DNA from: an uncultured Thiotrichales bacterium
GTDB lineage: Bacteria > Pseudomonadota > Gammaproteobacteria > CAZUMV01
Direction: 5' to 3'
Length of the DNA: 64,000 nt
NCBI GenBank assembly: GCA_938042355.1
Contig: CALIRD010000099.1
Coordinates: forward strand, 6 to 64,005
Of this stretch, positions 39,556 to 49,426 are shown piece after piece. The notes below the pieces were generated by a model, which saw only the letters and a list, made by a program, of their open reading frames with translations, did not search any database and was not told where the DNA came from. Every line of letters starts with the position of its first letter. The first letter of the stretch is position 1. The translations under genes and the position numbers were made by a program.

Positions 39556-40902
39556 ATGGAGAAAGTCTCACAAAAAATCCGACTGAGCTGGGGCAGTGGT
39601 GCCTTGGGCGTGGCCATCTTAATGAATGTGATCGCCTTCGTGGTGGTCTTTTTTATGGTTCAAGTTCTTGGCTTAAATCCAGCACTTGCGGGAGCCTTGG
39701 TGTTTATCTCCAAAGTGGTCGATATTATTACTGACCCTATAGTTGGGCGTTGGAGTGATCAATACAAAACGAGTGGGAGTAGACGGCGACCGTTTATGTT
39801 GTACGGCGCTTTTATATCTGCAATATCTTTTGCGATGATTTTTACTACTCCAGAATTTGGTAATCAATGGATTACCGCTAGTTACATGCTGTTAGCGCTG
39901 ATCATATACACATTGGGTTATACACTTTTTAATCTGACCTACTTGTGTATGCCAGCAGAAATGACAGACGACTATCATGAGAGAACGGAGATTCATGGCT
40001 ATCGTATGTACTTTGTTGCTGTTGGTGGTTTGTTAGCTCAAGCAGGTGTACCTCCATTACAACAATGGTTAGGTGCAGATAAGGCCGAGACGTACGTGGT
40101 TATTGGGGTGGTCGGTGGTGTAGTTATCCTCGCTTCAATGCTGAGTGCGTATTACGGCACTGCTAAAGCCAAATTCACTACTGCAGCGATAGAGAAAACT
40201 GACTTTATCAAGGAATATTCTCACGTCCTTAAAAACCGGCATTTTCTAAGGGTGTTAGGTATCAAGGCATCGCAACTTTTTGGTGTTGCGGCGATTTCAG
40301 TCTCTACTTTGTTTTTCTTTAAAGATTTACTGCAGGCGAGTTTGAATATACTGGCGTTTGTGGGTGTTGTGTCATTTCTATTTACCGTCGCGAGTGTTCC
40401 TTTATTGGTTAGACTCTCCAAAAGAATTGGTAAGGCGCAAACCTATGCAGTAGCAGGATCATTATACGTATGCTCGGCATTGAGCTGGGTGTTTGCACAG
40501 GCTGGTGAGCCTACCTGGGCAATACTCATCCGGTACGCCGTAACCGGTATCTCTGTTAGTGGCAACATTGTTATGGCAATGTCGATGCTGACTGATTGTA
40601 TAGAATATGATGCTCGCAAGTCAGGCATTAGACGTGAAGGGGCATACACAGCCTTGTATACGTTTACTGAAAAATTCACTTTTGCACTAGGACCATTGGT
40701 GTTTGGTGTTGCACTGTCAATGGCGGGGTACAGTGGTGATTTGGCGCCAGAAATGACACAAACACCGGAAATACGTCAGGCGTTATTATTGGGTATGTCT
40801 TATATCCCGGCAGCAATGGGCGCTTTAGCAATCTATTTATTGCTAGGCTATAAACTAACGAAGGAAGAATTGGACAAAGCAGGAGATAGTCTTGAAGAAT
40901 AA
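39556..40902 (+). CDS. MFS/GPH-family (MelB-like) cation symporter
   Basis: 12 TM helices with the GPH-type motif DIITDPIVGRWSDQYKTSGSRRRPFMLYGA. Confidence 0.85.
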   Translation: MEKVSQKIRLSWGSGALGVAILMNVIAFVVVFFMVQVLGLNPALAGALVFISKVVDIITDPIVGRWSDQYKTSGSRRRPFMLYGAFISAISFAMIFTTPEFGNQWITASYMLLALIIYTLGYTLFNLTYLCMPAEMTDDYHERTEIHGYRMYFVAVGGLLAQAGVPPLQQWLGADKAETYVVIGVVGGVVILASMLSAYYGTAKAKFTTAAIEKTDFIKEYSHVLKNRHFLRVLGIKASQLFGVAAISVSTLFFFKDLLQASLNILAFVGVVSFLFTVASVPLLVRLSKRIGKAQTYAVAGSLYVCSALSWVFAQAGEPTWAILIRYAVTGISVSGNIVMAMSMLTDCIEYDARKSGIRREGAYTALYTFTEKFTFALGPLVFGVALSMAGYSGDLAPEMTQTPEIRQALLLGMSYIPAAMGALAIYLLLGYKLTKEELDKAGDSLEE

Positions 40903-41950
40903 AATACCAGCAGCTAACTTGAATCAACGAGGGCGTGCTTCATTTGATTTTTTAGGTCACATGTTTCATGGCACCCACAAAATTCGTACGGCTGCCAGCG
41001 AGTATGTTGAAAACGAATTTGGTGATGGCAGTGAATTGCCGGAGGACCTGGATCAGCGTGTAAAAACCGTCTCTGAATTTGCGTATCAATTACCTGCTGC
41101 CAGGATCCGTCGTACAGTCGGTGAGTGGCATGCCAGTAACCACGGTCAAATAGCGATAGAAGCTTTTGAGGAGCTCGGAGAGGATTTTGCCAAGGATCTT
41201 CATCAGTATGACGAGGGCAGCAGCAGCCTGACGCTGGATGATGATTATGATGTGCCTGCCTATTGGGACGGTGTTGAGTTTCATCGAACCAGTGGCGGTT
41301 GGGACGGACATCAATACATGGGCTTTATTCACGGTGAGCTCGTGCATAAAAAAATGGTAGATGTCATTTACCCGGGCGGCATTTTCAAACAGCGCTGTGA
41401 GGTCGCCAAGCTGGCGCCGCAGAATGAGTATGAAAAAATTCTAGAGATGGGTACCTCGACTGGTCATTTCACCCTGGGTTTGGCATTGGCCTATCCTGAG
41501 GCAAAAATCACCGGCGTTGATCTTTCAAGACGGGCGCTGGAGCATACGCTGCGAGTTGGTAACGCTAATGACTATGCCTGGGATCTCTACCGCAGACCGG
41601 CCGAAGCGACTGGGTTTGATGACAGCAGCTTTGATCTTGTGGCGTCTTATATTTTATTACATGAGTTGCCCGTGCAATCCATTAAAGACGTATTTAGTGA
41701 AGCCTACAGAGTACTCAAGCCAGGTGGAGATATGCTCATGAGTGATGTGGTTCGTTATGCAGAGATGAACAAACTGCAGGTGTCTCTTGCGGATGAAGAT
41801 GCCAGCTATGGTGGTGAGCCATTCTGGCGTGAGTCTGCCAGTGCAGATCTGGCGGCGATCGCCGAAGAAGTTGGTTTTACTGATGTCAAAATCACAAACC
41901 TGGGCACAGGTCCTTATCCGCACGTTGTTCTTGGAACCAAGCCATCATGA
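40892..41950 (+). CDS. Class-I SAM-dependent methyltransferase with N-terminal extension (paralog MT3)
   Basis: KILEMGTSTGHFT. TGVDLS. AEATGFDDSSFDLVASYILLHE. RVLKPGG. GGEPFW. N-terminal SGGWDG. The TTG start lies 6 nt after an AGGAG RBS and overlaps the stop of the upstream transporter. Confidence 0.75.
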   Translation: MKNKIPAANLNQRGRASFDFLGHMFHGTHKIRTAASEYVENEFGDGSELPEDLDQRVKTVSEFAYQLPAARIRRTVGEWHASNHGQIAIEAFEELGEDFAKDLHQYDEGSSSLTLDDDYDVPAYWDGVEFHRTSGGWDGHQYMGFIHGELVHKKMVDVIYPGGIFKQRCEVAKLAPQNEYEKILEMGTSTGHFTLGLALAYPEAKITGVDLSRRALEHTLRVGNANDYAWDLYRRPAEATGFDDSSFDLVASYILLHELPVQSIKDVFSEAYRVLKPGGDMLMSDVVRYAEMNKLQVSLADEDASYGGEPFWRESASADLAAIAEEVGFTDVKITNLGTGPYPHVVLGTKPS

Positions 41951-42225
41951 GTTCTGACCCAAAAAGCTTTAACAATCCGGGTACACCGACGCTGAACGCC
42001 CAGGACAGCGCAGGTCTAGGGCAGGCAGTGCTGACGCTAACCCACGAATTATGGATCGTGATCGATCGTGTACATGCTCTAGAGGCCGTGCTGAAAAAGC
42101 ACGGTATGAATGTCAGTGAAGAAATCGAAAATTATATGCCGAGTGATGCCGATAAAGCACAGCTTGATGAGCGTGGTAAACAGTTGGTAGAAAGAGTGAC
42201 CGAAGCCTTAGCCCACAGTAGTTAA
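41947..42225 (+). CDS. Small protein 'C' (92 aa), paralog of A, B and D; function unknown
   Basis: Its ATG overlaps the MT3 stop (ATGA at 41947-41950). Core AVLTLTHELWIVIDRVHALEAVLKKHGMNVSEEIENYMPSD. Confidence 0.6.
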   Translation: MSSDPKSFNNPGTPTLNAQDSAGLGQAVLTLTHELWIVIDRVHALEAVLKKHGMNVSEEIENYMPSDADKAQLDERGKQLVERVTEALAHSS

Positions 42226-42229
42226 AGCG

Positions 42230-43051
42230 ATGATGAATATTGAGCGGCAGTTTGTAAGACTGGATGAAGGCTCGGTACACCTGAGAACCGCTGGTGAACG
42301 AACTGATCAGAAACCATTGCTGATGCTGCATGCTTCTCCTGCATGTTCTCGTTCACTTGAGCCATTAATACACCATCTTGCAAGCTCTCGTTATGTTATT
42401 GCTCCAGATACTTTGGGCTGCGGTGATTCAGCTGCACCAGCTGAAGTTTCGCCCAATCTCGAGTACTACGCCAACAGCATGAGCCGCCTCTTGGATGCCA
42501 TGAGTATTGATAGTGTAGACGTCTATGGCACACATACAGGCTCACACATTGGCATTGAATTAGCGTTAGCAGAATCAAGGCGCGTGCACTCACTGACAAT
42601 GGATGGAGTTGCGTTACTATCGCAAGAAGATCGAGAGGATTTTCTTGAAAACTACGCACCACATAAAAAGCCTGATGAGTACGGTGGCCAATTTAATTGG
42701 GCCTGGCATTACATACGAGATCAGATGGTGTTTTTTCCACATTACCGCAAAGACGAAAAGCACAAGCGAGTAGGTGGTTCTTTCGATACAGACTATCTGC
42801 ATGAATTAACGCTTGATTTACTCAAAAATATTGAGCACTACCACAAGACCTATGAGGCCGTTTTCAGGCATCAGGTACTTGAGCGCATCAAAGACGTGAA
42901 GCAGAAAATCCTGTTATTAACGGATACTGAAGACGTCCTCGCTGGCGCCGTGCCAGCATTGAAAGCTGCTAACCCTGGTATTGAAGTGCGGGTCGTGGAA
43001 GAGGGGCATGCTCAGGCGGCTGAGTTCATCAACGCTATTAGTGCCGAATAA
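42230..43051 (+). CDS. Alpha/beta-hydrolase-fold protein
   Basis: 273 aa. Begins 4 nt after small protein C. Motifs HASPACS and YGTHTGSHIG fit the alpha/beta-hydrolase pattern, but the nucleophile elbow is atypical. Confidence 0.6.
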   Translation: MMNIERQFVRLDEGSVHLRTAGERTDQKPLLMLHASPACSRSLEPLIHHLASSRYVIAPDTLGCGDSAAPAEVSPNLEYYANSMSRLLDAMSIDSVDVYGTHTGSHIGIELALAESRRVHSLTMDGVALLSQEDREDFLENYAPHKKPDEYGGQFNWAWHYIRDQMVFFPHYRKDEKHKRVGGSFDTDYLHELTLDLLKNIEHYHKTYEAVFRHQVLERIKDVKQKILLLTDTEDVLAGAVPALKAANPGIEVRVVEEGHAQAAEFINAISAE

Positions 43052-43070
43052 TAGTTGCTTCAGCAGCCTG

Positions 43071-43940
43071 TTACTTTATTTTTTTGACCCAACGATCTTC
43101 AAACTCCCAGACATCCGGGAAACCGATCAATTGGCAGAATTCTTTAAATTCGAATAAGTCCAGCGAAGGGTCGTTCGTTGTGCCCGTTTCTTTGAGCGTA
43201 CGCATTCCTTTTTCCATGGCTGCTAATGCCGAGAGCGAGTTAAGCGCGGGCCAGATGGCTAGCGCAAAGCCCAGTTCTTCTAGTTTCGTGTTGTTCAATA
43301 TCGGCGTAACGCCACCATTAGCCATGTTGACCATCATGGGTCTGTCTATAGCCTCACAGGCAGTCTTCATTTGTTCTTCCGTAGTCAGGGCTTCCAGAAA
43401 AATAATATCAGCACCCGCTTCGGAGTAGGCCTCGCAACGTTTTATGCTGGCATCAAAACCTTCTGTCTGGAGTGAATCTGTTCTGGCGATGATGAGTGTA
43501 TCTTCCGGGTTCTGGCGTGCCTCACAAGCGACTTGTACTTTATCGACCATTTCTTCTATTTCCACGACACCTCGATTCGGTGTGTGCCCGCACATTTTTG
43601 GAAAGGTTTGATCTTCAAGCTGTATACCAACCACGCCGGCTTCTTCGTAGCCACGTACCGTATGATGTACATTCAGCAGGCCGCCGTAACCTGTATCGGC
43701 ATCGGCGATCAATAGTCCATCAGAGCTTGAGGCGATGGTTCGCATGCGGTCGACCATTTGTGTATAGGTGGCTATGCCAGCGTCAGGAAGACCGTGGGCA
43801 GAGGCCATGTTCCAGAAACCACTGCCATACACCACATCAAATCCGACCTTGTTAGCCACTACGGCAGCCATCATGTCGGGTATGCCTGGTGCTGCGACAA
43901 AGCCTTCATCGAGTAGCGTGCGTAAATTCTTTTTGCTCAT
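43071..43940 (-). CDS. Isocitrate-lyase/PEP-mutase superfamily enzyme (methylisocitrate-lyase / oxaloacetate-decarboxylase-like, not a true PEP mutase)
   Basis: QLEDQTFPKMCGH (K-x-C-G-H) signature. The EDQ rather than EDK motif argues against PEP mutase. Confidence 0.8.
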   Translation of the reverse strand: MSKKNLRTLLDEGFVAAPGIPDMMAAVVANKVGFDVVYGSGFWNMASAHGLPDAGIATYTQMVDRMRTIASSSDGLLIADADTGYGGLLNVHHTVRGYEEAGVVGIQLEDQTFPKMCGHTPNRGVVEIEEMVDKVQVACEARQNPEDTLIIARTDSLQTEGFDASIKRCEAYSEAGADIIFLEALTTEEQMKTACEAIDRPMMVNMANGGVTPILNNTKLEELGFALAIWPALNSLSALAAMEKGMRTLKETGTTNDPSLDLFEFKEFCQLIGFPDVWEFEDRWVKKIK

Positions 43941-43943
43941 GGT

Positions 43944-45344
43944 TTATCCTTGCTTTATCGACTGCGCGGCGTGTTGGCCTGCAATTCTACCGAGTGTGGT
44001 CGCTGTAAGTAATCCGTTTCCTGCAATGTAACCGTCTGCACCGGAGCCGGAAATTCCGCGTGCTGCTCCACCGCCGGCGTAGAGGTTGGGCAGTGGTTGC
44101 TCATCATCATTAACAACCCGTGCATGTTCATCCACTTCAAGCCCGCCCTGGGTGTGAAATAATGCGCCCGTGACTTTGACCGCGCGATAAGGTGCTTGTA
44201 GAAGCTTGTCTGGCGAAAACTGTCGTCCGTACTCATCTTCTTTGCCCGACTCAGCGAGCTGAGCCAGTTCGTTCAAAGTCTTGTTCACCTGGTCGGTATC
44301 AAGTTTACATTGTGCACAGATCTCTTCCAGAGTGTCTGCCTGAAAAATAGCGCCCGCTTCAAGTGCATGTTGATAGTCGGTGAAGTCCAGCATGAGCTCA
44401 TGCAAACGTTCATCATAAAATGTCCATGCTTCAGCGTCTGGTTGTTGTAGTACGTTTACTGCTTGCTCTGAGTAACCCAGAGATTCATTTGAAAATCGTT
44501 GGCCATGTTTATTCAGCTGTATACCACCCTCCATAATGATCGGCCACAGTATTGGTATGCCATAACCTTTAGCCAGGCCAGCATGTCCTTGGTAAGCATG
44601 CATGTCGGCAGTTTTTGCGCCTAACGAAAGCCCCCAGCGAATAGCATCACCTTTATTACCGGGGTGTCCAAAAAATTCGCCTTTGGATATTTCGGGTATG
44701 TATTCGTTCACCATGTCTTGATTCCCCGCAAATCCACAGCAAGCAAGAATTAATGTGCGGCAACCTATCACTTCAAATTCCCCATCAGGGTCTTTATAAC
44801 GTACGCCGTAAACACGCTTGTCATCATCAGCATATAAATCGGTAACCAGTGCGTCGGTGACCAGTGGGATTTGTTGATCTTCAACAGCCTGACTCAAGGC
44901 TCCCATCAGTTCCTGTCCGCTTCTGCCAGGCATGCCGTGCATGCGTAATACGCTATGGCCGGGATAGGTAAATCCTGTCACCAGTGTCAGTGGTATCTGG
45001 TATTGATTAACCAGCCAGTCGATGGTGCACCCGGATTCGGCTGCCAGTTTATCGACGACGTTTTGATTGGTATTAAAGGCCGCTTTTTTATTGATGTCGG
45101 CCGCGAAGGTTTGTGCCGAATCATTGATATCAGCGGCACGTTGTAGCTCGCTTCCGGCGCCGGGAATAAGGCCAGTAGACATCGAGGTCGTACCCAGCGC
45201 ACTACTGTCCCGCTCAAGCACGGCCACTTCTAGACCCGATTCACTCGCCGCTAAAGCTGCGCATAACCCACATCCTCCAGCGCCAATAATTAAGATATCA
45301 ACGTCCATTGATGCATTCATTTGTTCTGCAGGGAGTATGCTCAT
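43944..45344 (-). CDS. FAD-dependent oxidoreductase (FAD_binding_2; fumarate-reductase/KstD/TcuA-like flavoprotein)
   Basis: DILIIGAGGCGLCAALAASESGLEVAVLER dinucleotide fold. C-terminal GLYAGGGAARGISG. Its stop is 3 nt from the lyase ATG. Confidence 0.8.
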   Translation of the reverse strand: MSILPAEQMNASMDVDILIIGAGGCGLCAALAASESGLEVAVLERDSSALGTTSMSTGLIPGAGSELQRAADINDSAQTFAADINKKAAFNTNQNVVDKLAAESGCTIDWLVNQYQIPLTLVTGFTYPGHSVLRMHGMPGRSGQELMGALSQAVEDQQIPLVTDALVTDLYADDDKRVYGVRYKDPDGEFEVIGCRTLILACCGFAGNQDMVNEYIPEISKGEFFGHPGNKGDAIRWGLSLGAKTADMHAYQGHAGLAKGYGIPILWPIIMEGGIQLNKHGQRFSNESLGYSEQAVNVLQQPDAEAWTFYDERLHELMLDFTDYQHALEAGAIFQADTLEEICAQCKLDTDQVNKTLNELAQLAESGKEDEYGRQFSPDKLLQAPYRAVKVTGALFHTQGGLEVDEHARVVNDDEQPLPNLYAGGGAARGISGSGADGYIAGNGLLTATTLGRIAGQHAAQSIKQG

Positions 45345-45531
45345 GATTCGCCGTTATTCTTTGTTTTCAACTTTGTAACGCTATTATCGTATGCTCTTGA
45401 GTTGATTGACAGTATCCTTGATGGGGCGCAGCTCGCGACTTCAGAGTATTTCATTAGTCGGAATGATACGGGTAATCTACAGGTTACTGAATCTGTCCGG
45501 AAGTAGAATAAATCAACAATCGGAGGAAATT

Positions 45532-47034
45532 ATGTCACAGCAACTCGTACAAGCCGCAGGTGTAAAAACATTCCTTGAAACCAGGGCTAGAAAATTACTG
45601 ATTAACAATGAATGGGTAGATGCCTCTGACGCAGCTATGATTGACAGTGTTGATCCGGCTACTGGCGAAACGCTGGCGTCAATTGCCGAAGCTAATAAGG
45701 ACGATGTAGACAGAGCAGTAAGTGCAGCCAGAGTGGCGTTTGAGTCAAATGAGTGGCACAACATGACGGGATCGACACGTGCTAAGTTAATGTGGCGCAT
45801 GGCTGACCTAATGGAAGAGCACATCGACGAGCTGGCCGAGCTTGAGACTCTGGATCAGGGCAAGCCTCTTTATGTTGGACGTTGGGCTGAAATTCCCGGT
45901 GCTATAGAACAGTTCAGATATTTTGGCGGACAATGCACCCGTCTTGAAGGGACCACCATACCAACCTCGATAGACTATCAGCCCGAAGGAAAACGAATTT
46001 TCGCCTATACGGTAAAAGAACCAGTAGGCGTGGTCGCAGCGATCGTGCCCTGGAACTCTCCTTTGATCATGGCAGCAATGAAACTGGCGCCGATTTTGGC
46101 AGCCGGTTGTACCGTTATATTAAAACCTGCTGAGGATACTTCTTTAACCGCAATTCGACTGGGCGAGTTACTCATCGAAGCCGGTTTCCCACCAGGTGTT
46201 ATCAACATACTGACTGGTCGGGGAGAAGTTACTGGTCAGGCACTGGTAGAACATCCCGGTGTGGATAAAATTGCTTTCACTGGTTCGACAGAGATAGGTA
46301 AAAAGATTGTTGCTGATGCGCGTCATAATCTGAAACGAGTCACTCTGGAGCTAGGTGGCAAGTCACCGGTTATCATCATGCCTGACGCCGATCTGGAAGC
46401 GGCCATACCAGGCGCGGCCAATGCGATATTTTTTAATGGTGGGCAAGTTTGTGTTGCTGGTTCTCGTATTTATGCACACAGTTCTGTTTTTGAGCAAGTG
46501 GTTGAGGGTGTTAGTGCAGCAGCAAACTCGATGCAGCTGGGTCATGGTCTGGATCCTGAAACGCACTGTGGCCCATTGGTAAGTGCCAAACACAGTGGTC
46601 GTGTTGCGAACTATATTGACGGTGGAATAGCGGCGGGTGCTGAAGTGCGCGCCGGTGGCTCAAGAGAAGATGCCTCCAGCAATTTTATTCAGCCGACAGT
46701 GATGACTAATGTAACTCCGGATATGGCGGTGGTACGTGAAGAGATTTTTGGGCCGGTAGTTGTGTGTGATGCCTTTGATGATGTCGAAGAAGTATTAAGC
46801 AAGGCACACGATACAACGTACGGTTTAGCTTCCAGTGTGTGGACGTCGGATCACGGTACGGCTCACACCATGGCGAGTGATCTTCGTGCTGGAACGGTCT
46901 GGATAAATTGTCACTCTATGTACGATGCGACTCTGCCTATTGGTGGCATAAAAGAATCTGGCTGGGGTAGAGAAAGTGGTCAGCAGGCAGTAGATAACTA
47001 CATGGAGCTTAAGACAGTTTGCTCGGTTGTCTAG
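45532..47034 (+). CDS. Aldehyde dehydrogenase
   Basis: ATG preceded by a GGAGG RBS. ELGGKSPVIIM and GGQVCVAGSRIY. The track's upstream extension from 45406 is unlikely to be translated. Confidence 0.9.
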   Translation: MSQQLVQAAGVKTFLETRARKLLINNEWVDASDAAMIDSVDPATGETLASIAEANKDDVDRAVSAARVAFESNEWHNMTGSTRAKLMWRMADLMEEHIDELAELETLDQGKPLYVGRWAEIPGAIEQFRYFGGQCTRLEGTTIPTSIDYQPEGKRIFAYTVKEPVGVVAAIVPWNSPLIMAAMKLAPILAAGCTVILKPAEDTSLTAIRLGELLIEAGFPPGVINILTGRGEVTGQALVEHPGVDKIAFTGSTEIGKKIVADARHNLKRVTLELGGKSPVIIMPDADLEAAIPGAANAIFFNGGQVCVAGSRIYAHSSVFEQVVEGVSAAANSMQLGHGLDPETHCGPLVSAKHSGRVANYIDGGIAAGAEVRAGGSREDASSNFIQPTVMTNVTPDMAVVREEIFGPVVVCDAFDDVEEVLSKAHDTTYGLASSVWTSDHGTAHTMASDLRAGTVWINCHSMYDATLPIGGIKESGWGRESGQQAVDNYMELKTVCSVV

Positions 47035-47078
47035 CAACAGCGTATTTGTAGTAACGATTGCCTTTAGTTAAAACGCAC

Positions 47079-48830
47079 CTAGTTAAAACGTACCAGTCGC
47101 CCGGGACGGGCGGCTGTGACTTCATCATTTGAAATAACTTCCTTGCCGGCAACCAGCGTTGATCGAAAGCCTCTGGCTTGCTGTAACAATCGTTGCCCAC
47201 CTGCAGGCAGATCCTGAACCATTTTCGGCAGAGTAAGTGATAAGTTATTGTAATCAATGATGTTAATGTCAGCGCGCTGCCCGATTTTCAGGCGCCCACG
47301 ATCTGTCAGGTTAAGATAGTCTGCCGCATCTCCCGTGAGCATTTGTATAGCCCGGGGTAATTCAATTCGGTGCTCTTGACAGTCACGCGCCCAGTAAGAA
47401 AGTAAATAAGCAGGAAAACTGGCATCGCAAATCGTTCCCACGTGTGCACCACCATCCGACAACCCCAACAATGCATTAGGATGCTCAAGCATGGTATGCA
47501 CATTGTTATAGTTCATTTCAGTGTAGTTATAGACCGGATAGTAGATTAACTGATGTCCGTCCATTTCCAGGCAAACATCGTAGAGCTTTTCCATCACGCT
47601 GACGCTGTCTCGTTGTGCCTCGGCTCCCAGAGATTGTTGTACGGTTTGCGCATAATCCGGGGATTCACCTAACCTGAAAAATTTGAAGGCGATTTGATCC
47701 AGTTCACTAATGATGCGATCGACGATAGGTGGTACAGAGGACCCTTCGCCACAAAGTGTCAGCGGTTTTTCTGACAGGCATCGTGCTCTGAATTCCGGGT
47801 CGCGCATAATAGCGACGCGTTTGGCCAATGGCTCATGCGCAATAGCTTGATAACTCGGTTGTGCCACCAAGGGATGGAAGGTGCACTGCAGTCCGTTAAA
47901 GACGCCAATTGCCCTCGGTGCTACTTGCACGTGCAGAGGTATACCATCTGCGTTTAGTCGTTCGGTTTCTTCGAGTATGCGTTGCCATTGCGTTGGTGCG
48001 AAATCACGTTGCATCAATGAAATAGAGCAGGGCCTGTCAGCAGCGCGGGCAAATTTTTCTACCAGATCAAACTCGATATCAAATTCATCTTCAGCATGTT
48101 CAAGATTAAAGTCATTGACCAACTGCAGTACGCTTTGTTGACGGCCTTTTAATGTGGCTGCCAGACCGGTCAATTCAGCGGCATTGGCTTCAGAAGCAGG
48201 GGTGCGCTCACCATCTGCTGTGCGATGAACGTCGGAACGGCCGGTTGAAAAGCCGCAAGCACCTGCATCCAGTGCAGCTGACAACTGTTGTTGCATGGCT
48301 TTGATGTCATCCTCAGTCGCTTCCTGATCATGCAAAGCCCGTTCACCCATGACATAGACACGTAACGGATCATGTACTGCCATGGCAGCGAAATCGATCG
48401 TGTGGGGTGTTGAGTCTATGGCATCAAGATATTCAGGAAAGGTTTCCCACTCCCAACTGATACCTTCATGTAAAGCAGTCCCGGGAATGTCCTCGACACC
48501 CTCCATTAATTTAATCAAACGGCCACGATCAGATTCGCGTACTGGCGCAAAGCCAACACCGCAATTACCGAGCACAGCAGTTGTTACGCCAAAGTTTACC
48601 GATGGTTTGAATTCTTCATCCCATGACACCTGGCCGTCATAGTGTGTATGCAGATCAATAAATCCAGGAGTGACAATAGCGCCATCAGCATCAATGGTTC
48701 GTGTGGCATTGGAGGTACAAGCAAGGTCAACGATCAAGCCATCTTTAATCCCGATATTGGTCTTTACAGCTTGATTACCACTACCATCGTATACGACACC
48801 ATTGGTGATTTTAATATCTACTGTCATCAT
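47079..48830 (-). CDS. Amidohydrolase of the D-aminoacylase / N-acyl-D-amino-acid deacylase family
   Basis: VTPGFIDLHTHYDG metal-binding motif. The 583-aa length is typical of D-aminoacylases. Confidence 0.8.
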   Translation of the reverse strand: MMTVDIKITNGVVYDGSGNQAVKTNIGIKDGLIVDLACTSNATRTIDADGAIVTPGFIDLHTHYDGQVSWDEEFKPSVNFGVTTAVLGNCGVGFAPVRESDRGRLIKLMEGVEDIPGTALHEGISWEWETFPEYLDAIDSTPHTIDFAAMAVHDPLRVYVMGERALHDQEATEDDIKAMQQQLSAALDAGACGFSTGRSDVHRTADGERTPASEANAAELTGLAATLKGRQQSVLQLVNDFNLEHAEDEFDIEFDLVEKFARAADRPCSISLMQRDFAPTQWQRILEETERLNADGIPLHVQVAPRAIGVFNGLQCTFHPLVAQPSYQAIAHEPLAKRVAIMRDPEFRARCLSEKPLTLCGEGSSVPPIVDRIISELDQIAFKFFRLGESPDYAQTVQQSLGAEAQRDSVSVMEKLYDVCLEMDGHQLIYYPVYNYTEMNYNNVHTMLEHPNALLGLSDGGAHVGTICDASFPAYLLSYWARDCQEHRIELPRAIQMLTGDAADYLNLTDRGRLKIGQRADINIIDYNNLSLTLPKMVQDLPAGGQRLLQQARGFRSTLVAGKEVISNDEVTAARPGRLVRFN

Positions 48831-49267
48831 TTACTGGCGGTGGTATCACCTAACATGCTTCTGATGTCGTCTGGTATCGTAGCCGAACCCAGATTGCCAT
48901 CCTCCTGGATACGGGCATATATCCGTGTCGCTGTACCTTCTGTAATGACCATCTCGGTATCTATATTGACGGCTCTGCAGCTCCATTGCATGGTCGCCCG
49001 GCCCATTTTGGCTAGCTGAATCGTCGCCCGGATTTTGTCGCCATACGCGGCTGGTCCCACAAACTTGAAGTTTATTTCACCCATGACAAAGGCTGTGCGG
49101 TCTTCATCAACCATTTTGTTGACTGGATACCCCATTTTGGCGAACATCTCATGCTCGGCATCATTAAACCAGGAGAGCATTCGTGGAAAATATACGAGAC
49201 CGAATGGATCAGACTCGCCCCAATTTACAACCAGCTCTTTTGCATAAATCATGTGTATTTTATTCAA
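48827..49267 (-). CDS. Hotdog-fold acyl-CoA thioesterase (4HBT/YbgC-like)
   Basis: 146 aa with WGESDPFGLVYFPRMLSWF. Its stop overlaps the amidohydrolase start (ATGA). Confidence 0.6.
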   Translation of the reverse strand: MNKIHMIYAKELVVNWGESDPFGLVYFPRMLSWFNDAEHEMFAKMGYPVNKMVDEDRTAFVMGEINFKFVGPAAYGDKIRATIQLAKMGRATMQWSCRAVNIDTEMVITEGTATRIYARIQEDGNLGSATIPDDIRSMLGDTTASK

Positions 49268-49426
49268 TTATATCAGCGTCGGAAGTATATCCTTATTCTC
49301 TGGCAGCTCAATAGCATTGTCATTGGTCAGAACTCAATATTCTGTATTGCCAGCCAATAAATACCTCTTTGTTTGGTGTTCAGGGTGTTAAAATCGCTTT
49401 AATAACATTCTAGGGAACAGGCTGTT

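Noticed and set aside
43071-43940. PEP mutase and a phosphonate biosynthesis or catabolism island (together with PhyH-like and MT genes)
   Set aside because: The ICL/PEPM member carries EDQ...KMCGH rather than the PEP-mutase EDK signature. No ppd, phn, HD-domain or C-P lyase genes present.
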